Source: Styela clava (lineage: Eukaryota). From it: DNA of 64,000 nt. The stretch is from NCBI RefSeq assembly GCF_964204865.1, contig NC_135256.1, forward strand, positions 4,154,001-4,218,000, in the 5' to 3' direction. Below the pieces are notes generated by a model that was given only the letters and a program-made list of their open reading frames with translations, had not been told where the DNA came from and made no database searches. This document shows, piece after piece, positions 53,947 to 64,000 of the stretch (position 1 is the first letter of the stretch; each line of letters opens with the position of its first letter). The translations under genes and the position numbers were made by a program.

Positions 53947-56900
53947 TTATGTATTATACCCACATAATATTTCTTTCCAGTTGGGAACCAATTCATACTG
54001 GACAATATTTCCATACCTATTTTCACGATCCAAAAGGTGTTGATAAAACCCGTTAATTACAGATTTGATTATATTATTAGTATCGTTTGCCGTCGCATAT
54101 CGCTCGTCTCTGTCGAGAACCCTTTTCATCCCAATTATGGTGACCTTAAAAAGTTGGTAAATTTTAGGGACAGATAGAGTGCTGTTTTTGTTATAGGTGT
54201 TATAGAAAATATCTTCTATTGGAACACATACAGCACTCACACATATTTTATTTAGGATGTCCAGGATTCTCGACGACATACTACGGCAAACGTTACAACC
54301 CAAGAAAATATGCTGGGTGTTGTCTGGCCCAGAGTTGCAGAATTTGCATTCCAGTTTAAGTAACCGATTATTGTATTGACCATACTTAAATCCGGTCTGC
54401 TTCCGGCGTTTTCCAAAGAGGAAACCGTTCCGGACTGTTCTAAAAGATATCCCTTTCATAATTATAAAAATGTGTCCTATGATATCGACTGAGGAGATGA
54501 ACAGCCTCCCAATCGATATCAGTGGGAGGGTGCTCAGATCTTTCCCCAAGGAGTCTTGAGTATATGGTGCGAAGGTTGGAGGACTCCCATTCCTCGGCCG
54601 AGAAGTCCAATCTTTTAAAAAGGTTAAATCTCCTCAGCCAAGGTTCAGGTACACAGATGGAATGAGGCATAGAATTGCTGAACAAGACTGGATTTATAGA
54701 TTTAATCTTGCTGCCAAGGCTATATTGGGCCCCTCTATGCCAGAATTGACTGGGGTTAGTTAGAGAGACCAGATGTTAAAACATTTGCACTTAGCAGGCA
54801 GCAATCTTAGTCCATTCCGCCTTTATTAATGTCATCCTGGAGCATCCTCCTACTCAAGACTTCCATGGGTTCAGACGTCCATAAGAAAAAAAATACATCT
54901 CTCTATTACCTGTTCAGTTTGAGGAGGTATAAATATCGACCTCGCACTGTACAGTACCTGAGACAAAATTAGGGAGTTGATGATCGTAATTTTACCATAC
55001 TAGGAGAGAGACCTGATTTTACTAAAGTTGATTATTTTATTTATAGTTGATATTTTTTCTTGCCAAGTTTTATTAATTTTGTTCTTGCCATAATAAATAC
55101 CAAGAATTTTAACAGAGTCCTTTGCATAACGATTAGGGGGCGAGAAAGATAATAATTCCCTAGCCCGCTGATTAGTACAAAGGATCTCTGTTTTATTTTT
55201 ACTGATGGCCTGGCCAGTAGATTTATAATAAAGCTCCAATTCTTGAAAAATTGCATCGACCGAGTATACATCCGATACAACTAAAGTTGCATCGTCTGCA
55301 TACTGGTCTAGATTGTGTTGAAATGTACCTATCCGTAAACCTTTTATTGAATTATTTTACGGGTAAGGGGCTCCACGTTTATGGTGTACAGGAGCATACT
55401 CATGGGACACCCTTGACGAATGCCCCTAAGTATGTTTATCTCCTTCGTGAACGCCCCGTTAACCTCAACAACGCTAGTGATGTCTGTGTACATGGATGTT
55501 ATTAACCTCAAGGCATTCTCACCTATATTTATTCTGTTAAGAATAGATAGAAGGAGTTGATGATCAACCATGTCGATCGAATGCCTTGAGATTATCAATA
55601 GCGAAAAATGCTACGTCCGGGCATAGTACATTTTTGAGATGGACTAATTATGGAAGAGAGGGGTTCTATGAGACGTTTGGTTAAAATTTTTGCAAGGATC
55701 TTATAGTCGACGTTCAGATTTGAGATCGAACGCCAATTTCTCAAATCCGAAGCGTCGGCTTTTTTAAAAATTAAACGAATAAGGGCTTTTTTGAATGAGT
55801 CTGACAGTTTTCCAGAAATAAAATGTTATTAATCATAATAATGAACTCATTTTTAATTGTGGACCAAAACGTCTCATAAAACTCCTTTGAGAAGCCGTCA
55901 AGACCTGGCGACTTCCCGCTCTCCATTTCTCGTATGATATTAAATACATCGTCTTCAGAAATCCAATTAGAAATGGGATCCGAATCATCCTTTGTTAAAG
56001 GGGTTGAATGAGTCTGACAGTTTTCCAGAAATAAAATGTTATTAATCATAATAATGAACTCATTTTTAATTGTGGACCAAAACGTCTCATAAAACTCCTT
56101 TGAGAAGCCGTCAAGACCTGGCGACTTCCCGCTCTCCATTTCTCGTATGATATTAAATACATCGTCTTCAGAAATCCAATTAGAAATGGGATCCGAATCA
56201 TCCTTTGTTAAAGGGGTCCACTCCTTTGAGAAGCCGTCAAGACCTGGCGACTTCCCGCTCTCCATTTCCCGTGTGATATTAAATACATCGTCTTCAGAAA
56301 TCCAATTAGAAATGGGATCCGAATCATCCTTTGTTAAAGGGGTTCTATTCATTAAATCTAGATATTCTGATTGGGTTGCTATGTCGACATGCGACCTAGT
56401 TCCCCATAGCTCCGTATAGAAGCTTTGTACTAAATTTAAAATGTCATCAGGATTCGTTTTTATATTGCCCTGGTAATCTTTTATTTGGGAAATCGTCGTT
56501 TCGGATTCTCTTTTTTTATTTTAATGAAAAATATTTTCGAAGGGGTTTCATCTTCCTCAGGGCTATCGATCTTTGCTTTAAGTTTAATATAGTCTAATTT
56601 ATTTTCTCGCTGAAGAAGAATTTCCAGACGAAGCTTGGTTATAACGTTATTTTTGGTTCCTTCTTTTATCAGATGTGATGATTCCTCTTATTTTCTTTAG
56701 CCTTTTGGATGGAATAGGCTATAGTAATCTTTCGGATGCGAAATTTAACAAAGTACCACCATCTCCAATTGGTGGACCAATTCTCTATAACTATATTTGA
56801 TTAGTTCAATATATGATTTGTCATTATACAAACTGGTATTATTAGGCACCCTTGCCCCACCTAATCTTCGTAGAAGATTTTAATAATAGGACTGGGACAA

Positions 56901-57613
56901 GGGTGTGGTCAGAAACAGTGTTTATTATATGGTGGATGTCTTTGAAACAAGCCAGCAGGTTTTCAGAGATGTAAATTCTGTCTATCCTGCGTGACTGTGT
57001 TCCAATTTGGCAGGTGTAGGTTTGCCCCGTAGGATATTTTCTACGGTAGACATCCACCATACCTGAAGTTTGTAGAGTTAAGCCTAGAATTTTCTCTGCC
57101 CTAGAGAGCTTAAAATGATGTTTAATTAGAACATCTCGCTCATCTAGGATAGAGTTAAAATCGCCAGTAAGTATTATGTGAAGCAATGGATCCAAGATAT
57201 GGATCACACCGCACATCTTCTCCATGAAGTCAGTCTGGATGAGGCCTCGGACAGACGGGTACATAGGCATTGATGGTGCATAATGTATTTTTATTATAAG
57301 AAAAATCAAGTCTGTCGAGCCTATTGGGAATTAGTATATTATATACTATATTTGAACAGTGGATGTTATTTTTGATCAGAATCCCAGTACCAGACTTGAA
57401 ATATTTTATAGATGAATCTTCATGGATCATGGTAATAAGATGCGCGGTGTAACCCAGATCGGTGGCCCAAGTTTGAATGATTGCTTCCTTACAGCGATGT
57501 ATTTGCTGTAAAGAGACTATATGGGGACTGTGTCTCTGTAGCAAGAGACACAGCTTACGCCAATTAGTGCTAAGACCATTTACATTAAATGTAATGATTC
57601 TTAGCGAATCCAT
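53947..57613 (-). pseudogene. ORF2: AP endonuclease, reverse transcriptase and C-terminal Cys/His finger, frameshifted
   Basis: ITFNVNGL, GDFN, SRRIDRIY, SDH, GKSPGLDGF, GIRQGCPMS, YADD codons (~55288-55302), CKFC...HIFLGC. Confidence 0.93.
55793..56343. repeat. Near-identical internal tandem duplications (213-bp and 126-bp periods)
   Basis: TPLTKDDSDPISNWISEDDVFNI.REMESGKSPGLDGFSKE occurs three times in ORF 55771-56352. Confidence 0.95.
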
Positions 57614-57835
57614 TGGAATGGGGCGATTTGAAAAAAAATGCTAGAGCAGCATATATTATTACCAAAAAATTAACTGAGAAATGATACTCAGTCAATATTA
57701 CACAGTTACAAAGAGTTATGCAATTACCTGGCAAAAAATATTGCCAAAAATTGCTGCCCACCAAGGAGACTTTTAAAACCAATAAAGAAAAGAAAGTGGT
57801 GAGAAACAGAAAATTGGAGCTATTAATAAAAGTTA

Positions 57836-59252
57836 TTATTCCTTGAAAACAGGCGCCTCAGAAAAAACGCGAGATTTAGTTGGCGGAAGAACGGAATACG
57901 CGCCTGAAGACGAGCTCTCCCGCTCCCTCTTGTCGTCCCGTAAGGTGGGATTACCTTCAATTTGTGAAAGGTTCCAGTCCAGACCCGGTTCCCTGGTCTT
58001 TTTATGGCTGCGAAGTTTATTGCAAAACGACGCAAGATCTTCATCCATACCCTCTGAGAGTCTGGCTATATTATGATAGTCTTCTCCCAGAGTTTTATCA
58101 AACTCGATGATTTTTGCCTCATTCTCTACAAGGTTTTCCGGGTCACTCACTACATTATTATTTTCTTTATCCCCAGCTGCTACCAATCTATCATTCGGGG
58201 ATTTCGATTCCAAAGAATCAGTTATCTCCTAAATTTCAGCCGGAATAGGGTGTATGTCCACTTTAACCCGACTGAAAAATTTAGATTGATCGGCAGAAGA
58301 GTTTTTCTTACTATTATTAATATTATTTTTCTTTTCCAGCTGTCCTTGCGACGATACAGCCACCGATGTTACTTTGGTGAAGCTGTATCGCGATGGCGTC
58401 TTTGGTGCCGTTTCAGCAGAGGAACTGACTGTAGGATCAACACCAGGTGTTATGGATGGAAAATCAGTACAGTCTCGCTGTACATGGCTGGATTGTTTAC
58501 AAAGACGGTAGGACGGCGGAGAATTACACTCTCTGGCCAGATGACCAGTCTGAAAACAATTCAGACAAGTCTTGATGTAAAGTTCTGGTGGTAAGTACAT
58601 TTTACACCGAAGTCCGCCAACAGTGATGAAGTCGGGAAACCTGGATTTATCAAAATCATCAAAGATGGCTTGTACGAAGCCGTTGTACACCTTGGTGTTT
58701 TAAGGTATACTCGAACGACTCTACGTACTGTACCACAACCAAACGAGTTTAAAATGGACTTCACTTGCTCTTGCGTGGCTTCTGTGGGAATACCACGCAC
58801 GCTAATGCGGGTCTCAGGGCCACGCGGCAAAGAAAAATTAATTATACCTAAAGGGGTATCTACTTGACTCCCCATACTATTAAGAAAAAGATCTCGTGTT
58901 GGTGTTCCCTCCACAGGCTGAAACGTCAAATTCCAAGTGCTCTGACGGATGGGAAAGACATCAGCTACTAGGTTTTTATAAGGACGTAACTTATCCACGG
59001 TGCTGAAAAGCTCATAAAAGGCTGAAACCGTCGAGATGTCTCTAGATGTTGTAAATCTATCGACTCGCCTCTGCTAACTTCGACACCTTTCACGTTAGCT
59101 ACCTTTGGAAGTGAGGCAGCTACGTTGGAGAAAAGGGAGCTAGACGTTGAAGGCTGCGTAGTCGGCATGGCGGGTAACCCAGCAGAAACCTGTCTGCCGA
59201 GGACACTATGACGCGAGTCAGCGCCAAGAGCCATGTGTGTCCTGGCAGACAT
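57836..59252 (-). pseudogene. ORF1 (gag-like, two CCHC knuckles), frameshifted
   Basis: MSARTH start; CLNCFQTGHLAREC; four consecutive ORF pieces. Confidence 0.9.
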
Positions 59253-59557
59253 ACAAAACAAGACTATTCACTACTATAGAAAAGGTTTATTACAGGAGGA
59301 GGTAACTATTACTAGAAGAGATACCTATTTAAGCTACCTTTTATGATAGAACAGGAACAGTAACAAACTCAGGACTATAGAAGGTAACTCAGACAACACA
59401 CAAAGCAGAATCAAACAACAGCGGTAACGATCTATTAAATAAAGAATCGCTACGGAAACGCCAGGGTGGCCTCAAAGAAAATACAAAAAGGAGAGGCCAC
59501 TCACTCCCAATACACCGAGAATTGGAGCGGGCTGGCAAGACCACAATTTAGTTGTAC

Positions 59558-61278
59558 TTTTAAGTAATTGTTTTAAATGTAGGCTCCTGATGGGCGCCAG
59601 ATTCTCCCATTCATTCTTTCCACGCTTTTTAGCTATTACTGTTGCCTTGGCATCTTTCAGTTTATTATGGAAAAAAACTTCTCTTACAGCAGGACTACCC
59701 TCGATATCAGAACACTGCCAATCTGGGCCCGGTTCCTCTGCTTTCTTATGGCTACAAAGTTTTTTACGAAATGTTTCAAGATCTTCATCTGAACCCTCTG
59801 AGAGTCTCGCTATATTAAAACAATCTTCTCCCAGAGGGTTATCCAGTTCAACGATTTTATCTTCTTTTTTTTTTCAAGGTTTTCCGGGTCAACTGCCAAT
59901 TTTTCATCTTCCAGATTCGGTCTCTCAGATTCTAATGAATCCGAGAAATCACAAGCTTCAGCCGGAGTAGGGTGTACGTCCACCCTAACCCGGCCGAGAG
60001 ACTTAGATTTATCAGCAGCAGCAGTAGATTTTTCTTTTGTTCTATTATTAGTTTTATTTTTCAGCTGATCCTGTGATGATACAGCCACAGATGTTGATTT
60101 GGTGAAACTGTATCTACCAGCCGTCTTTGCAACAATCTTGGCAGGAGAGTTAACCTGAAGTTGAGGCTGGCTACTTCGTTCCACTGCTGGTGTTATTGCA
60201 GTGAAGTCAGTGCACTCTCGCTGCACATGGCCGGATTTTTTGCAAAGACGGCAGGTCGGAGGCATTACACACTCTCTAGCCAGATGACCTGCCTGAAAAC
60301 AATTCAAGCAGGACTTGGTATAGAGTTCGGGAGGTAAGTATGTTTTGTAACGTAGTCCACCAACATTGACGAAATCGGGAAAGTTGGACTTCTCGAAGTC
60401 GTCAATGATGTCTTGTACGTTGCCATTATACACCTTGCTGTTACGTAGATATATTTTGAAAACACGCCTCACTTTGCCACAGTTAAAAGAGTTGAGCATT
60501 GTTGTTAGTTGCTTGACTGTGGCTTCAGTGGGAATACCACGCACGCTAATGCGGGTCCCTGGACCACGGGGCAGAGAAAAATTAATAACACCTAACGGGG
60601 TTTCTAGTTTACTACCAACACAGTCAAGAAATTGATCCCGCGTTGGTCGTCCGTCAGTAGGTTGAAAAGACAAATTCCAAACACCCTGGCGGATTGGAAA
60701 AATTCCACCAACTAGGATTCTGTAAGGACGTAGTTTTTCAACAGTATAAAATAGATTAAAAAATTCCGAGACGATCGAGATGTCGTTGGTTGTCATGACA
60801 TCGATCGACTCGCCCCTGCTGACTTCCACACATCTCACGTTTGCTACTTTTGCAAGTGAGGCAGCAACGCTAGAAAAAAAAGAGGCCTAGATGTTGAAGG
60901 CTGTGTAGTCGGCATTGCAGATGTTAAAGCAGGAACCTGTCTACCAAGAACACTCTGACGAGAGTCAGTGCCGAGAGGCATACGTGTTCTGGCAGACATT
61001 AAAGACTATTTATAAACACGAAGAGAACTATTTACTATATGAAGTTACTCTACAAGAAGACACCTATTTAAACTACCTTTTATGGTATTTCAACAACAGC
61101 AAAAACTTAGGACTATATATGTCAAACTATGTAACACACAGATAGAAAAACAACAGCGGTAACGAAAACGCCGAGGGGGGAGGGGGGGGGGGGTTTCAAG
61201 AAAGATTCCAAGAAGGAGAGGCCGCTCCCATTACACCGAGAATTGGAGCAGGTCGGCAAGGCCTCAATTTAGTTGTAC
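59558..61278 (-). mobile_element. Family A element lacking almost all of ORF2
   Basis: GTACAAC head at 61278; 342-aa ORF1 piece 59810-60838; vestigial tail (GCCTAC plus A-rich) at 59558-59585. Confidence 0.85.
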
Positions 61279-63866
61279 TTTTTTTTTTATAGTAGGCCTC
61301 GACCCACCGATACTCACCTTGTTTTTATACTCACGTGTTGCAAAGGAGGCTTGTAGATGTTATTTTCTTTAAATACCTGTTAAAGAGGTAAAATATAATG
61401 CACCAAACAAAAGATAAACAAATTTTAAGATTCAGCGAACACTTCCGTGACAGAAGAGAGTTTGGAGAAATGCACCTTGACGCACACTCATGTAAACTCT
61501 CCCTGTCACGTGATGCTCGTCTCCTCTAGGAAAAAAATACAAGAGAAAAGAAAGAAAAAAAAAAGAATTGAGAGAGAGAAAAGGTAAGATATTAATAACA
61601 AAGGAAAGTATAAAAGAATACATTAATCATAAGAATTATACAGAAATACCGTTACCAAAAAAAGCCATAATTCTTGGTGTATATGGCGTTTGTAATAGAT
61701 AGAAATTTGCCTCGCTTATATTATGTTATATTTTATTATACCAGTATTAATATAAGACCTAAGTGTTCCTTTCATAAGCTTTGTTTTTGCTGCTGCTGCT
61801 GCCTTGGCCTCCACGTTGATACATAATTTGAAGCAGTATAGAAAAAAAATACCAGTTTGGAAAATATTGCCAATGTAGATTTACTGTGGGAAGATCCTGA
61901 GTAGCTGATATTAAACTATTGAAATTAATATGGGAAGAGTCATATACCTTCCTGGAACAAATCTTGCCACAAATGAGTGCCCACCAGGTATACTTTCAAA
62001 ACCACTATGAAGAAGAAAATTGTGAAAAGAATGCAATTGAAGGTAGTCAGATGATTATTTTTTTATTTATTTATTCTTCACGCCCGGCTTCTCGGACTCC
62101 AGCGAATCCGAGATATCACAAGCGTCAGTCGGAATAGGGTGTATGTCCACCCTAACCCGACCGAGAGACTTAGATTTACCAGCAGCAGCAGATTTTTCCT
62201 TTATTTAAATATTTTTATTTTTCAGCCGATCCTGTGATATTACAGCTGCAGATGTTATGTTGGTAGAGCTGTATCTACCAGACGTCTTTGCAACAACCTT
62301 GGCAGGAGAGTTAACCTGGAGTTGAGGCTCGCTACTTCGTTCCACTGCTGGTGTTATTGCAGGGAAGTCAGTGCACTCTCGCTGCACATGGCCGGATTTT
62401 TTGCAAAGACGGCAGGACGGAGGCATCACACACTCTCTAACCAGATGAACCGCCTGAAAACAATTCAAGCAGGATTTGGTATAGAGTTCGGGAGGTAAGT
62501 ATGTTTTGCAACGTAGTCCAACAGCATTGCCGAAATCGGGAAAGTTGGACTTCTCAGAAGTCGTCAATGATGGCTTGTACGTAGCCGTTATACACATTGG
62601 TGTTACGTAGGTATATTTTAAAAACATGCCGCACCTTGCCACAGTTAAAAGAGTTGAGCAGTGTTGTTAATCGCTCGACTGTGGCTTCAGTCGGAATACC
62701 ACGCACGCTAATGCGGGTTCCAGGACCGCGAGGCAGGGAGAGATTAATGGTACCTAATGGAGTATAAATTTTACTACCAACACTTTCAAGAAATGTATCT
62801 CGTGTTGGTCGTCCATCCGTGGGTTGGAAAGTCAAATTCCAAATACCCTGGCGGATTGGAAAAATTTCTCCGACTAGGGTTTTATATGGGCGTAGTTTTT
62901 CCACAGTACTAAATAGATCAAAGAATTCCGAGACGGTCGAGATGTCCTTTGTTGTGATGACATCGATCGACTCGCCTCTGCTGACTTCAACACATCTAAC
63001 GTTAGCTACCTTAGGAATAGAGGCAGCAACTCTAGAGAAAAGAGGCCTGGATGTTGGAGGCTGTGAAATCGGCACGGCAGATGTTGCAGCAGGAACTTGT
63101 CTGCCGAGGACACTCTGACGCGAGTCAGTGCCGAGAGGCATGTGTGTCCTGGCGGACATAAAAAAATTATCTACGAATATGAAAAAAACTACTTACTATT
63201 ACAATCGAAATTTACTATACGAGAAGAGGTACTAAACTATTATTTATGGTAGTAGAGGGACAGTAAAAAAAAAAACAGGACTACATAAGTTAAATAGTAC
63301 AACACAAACCAAGTAGAAACAAAAGCGGTTTTAGGGAACAATATGTTTTTTTGCTATAATTTCTGTATTGCTGTTGTTTCTGATCTGATCTTATGAAGAA
63401 GACATACTCCTGGTACCGAATACATATATTGCAATTGTATATTTACAAATACAAAGAACAGTTCCAAGTCATGACTGATAAGTCACATAAAATCAAAGTT
63501 TCACTGCAAGCCCGAGTTCGTTAATTACTTGTTCATCGTTATCCTTTCTTTTCTCTCCTAACGATTGGTCGCTTTTATGCTGGTTTTGGTATCCTTAGGG
63601 CATGACGCGTTATCGTCATCGTACCTTACAGGACGTCTAATTGTTACGTATTTTATGACTGAGAGATTGCTTCTAATTTTAAGATTAGTATGACTTCAAG
63701 TCTAAACACGTAACTTAACCAAAACCAGCAAAATTACCCAATATCCTATACGGTAACGATCTATAAAAGAAACGCCGAGAGGGCCTCAAGAAATTCCAAG
63801 AAGGAGAGGCCACTCCCAATACACCAAGAATTGGAGCGGGCTGGCAATGCCACAATTTAGTTGTAC
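61279..63866 (-). mobile_element. Family A element fused to the SL exon: head, ORF1, 3' UTR and poly(A), with ORF2 deleted
   Basis: Head 63770-63866; ORF1 62205-63159; hairpin ~61433-61521; poly(A) 61279-61288; foreign inserts ~61780-62080 and ~63330-63750. Confidence 0.85.
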
Positions 63867-63890
63867 CTTAATACAAACAAATTTTCCAAT
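63867..63890 (-). ncRNA. Spliced-leader exon (24 nt)
   Basis: ATTGGAAAATTTGTTTGTATTAAG followed by GT; 21/24 identical to the recalled stolidobranch SL ATTGGAGTATTTGGTTGTATTAAG. Confidence 0.85.
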
Positions 63891-64000
63891 ACCTTTTTCC
63901 GGCCCTGCCCAGGGCTTATATACCACTGGCCCGGTCCAGGGTGGTCGAACCAGTGCGCCACTAAGAGGTAGCAAAGTTTTTATTATCGAGAAAGGACTAA
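63891..64000 (-). promoter_or_regulatory. SL RNA gene promoter region with TATA box
   Basis: TATATAA at 63916-63922, i.e. -32 to -26 from the exon start; block conserved with 52399-52502. Confidence 0.72.

Larger units (their letters stand above)
53402..59557 (-). mobile_element. Most complete Tx1 family A element (~6.15 kb)
   Basis: GTACAAC head at 59557; ORF1; ORF2; 3' UTR hairpin 53554-53643; poly(A) 53402-53413. Confidence 0.93.

Noticed and set aside
53947-59252. An intact active element
   Set aside because: Both ORFs carry several frameshifts or stops (some could be homopolymer sequencing errors).
1038-62137. Numerous short plus-strand ORFs
   Set aside because: They are antisense shadows of Tx1 ORFs with no recognisable domains; the exception is the hAT remnant within 9151-9486.
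8866-63866. Recurring head/tail block as LTRs or a CRISPR-like repeat
   Set aside because: The block is a 3' UTR+poly(A) joined to the next 5' head; there are no TG..CA ends, PBS, integrase or regular spacers.

Overview
AT-rich eukaryotic DNA with no host protein-coding genes. About 85% of the window is a head-to-tail, minus-strand stack of decayed Tx1-clade (L1 superfamily) non-LTR retrotransposons. ORF1 carries two CCHC knuckles; ORF2 carries an AP endonuclease, RT and a C-terminal Cys/His finger. The stack appears to be organised by a tandem spliced-leader (SL) RNA gene array. Two copies of a 24-nt leader (63867-63890; 52380-52398) match, from memory, the stolidobranch ascidian SL exon ATTGGAGTATTTGGTTGTATTAAG, and each sits behind the same ~110-bp upstream block. 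Each exon runs straight into an element 5' end (GTACAACTAAATTGTGG...). Element poly(A) tails abut either the next element's GTAC head or a displaced GTAAG/stem-loop/Sm-site/stem-loop unit that looks like the SL intron (53331-53401; 20950-21016). The best reading is an SL-splice-junction-specific, APE-type retrotransposon family that inserts serially at the exon/intron boundary. A second Tx1 family, five hAT elements, a MITE, a SINE-like insert and several duplications are nested in the array. Element boundaries other than the quoted junctions are approximate and were read by eye.
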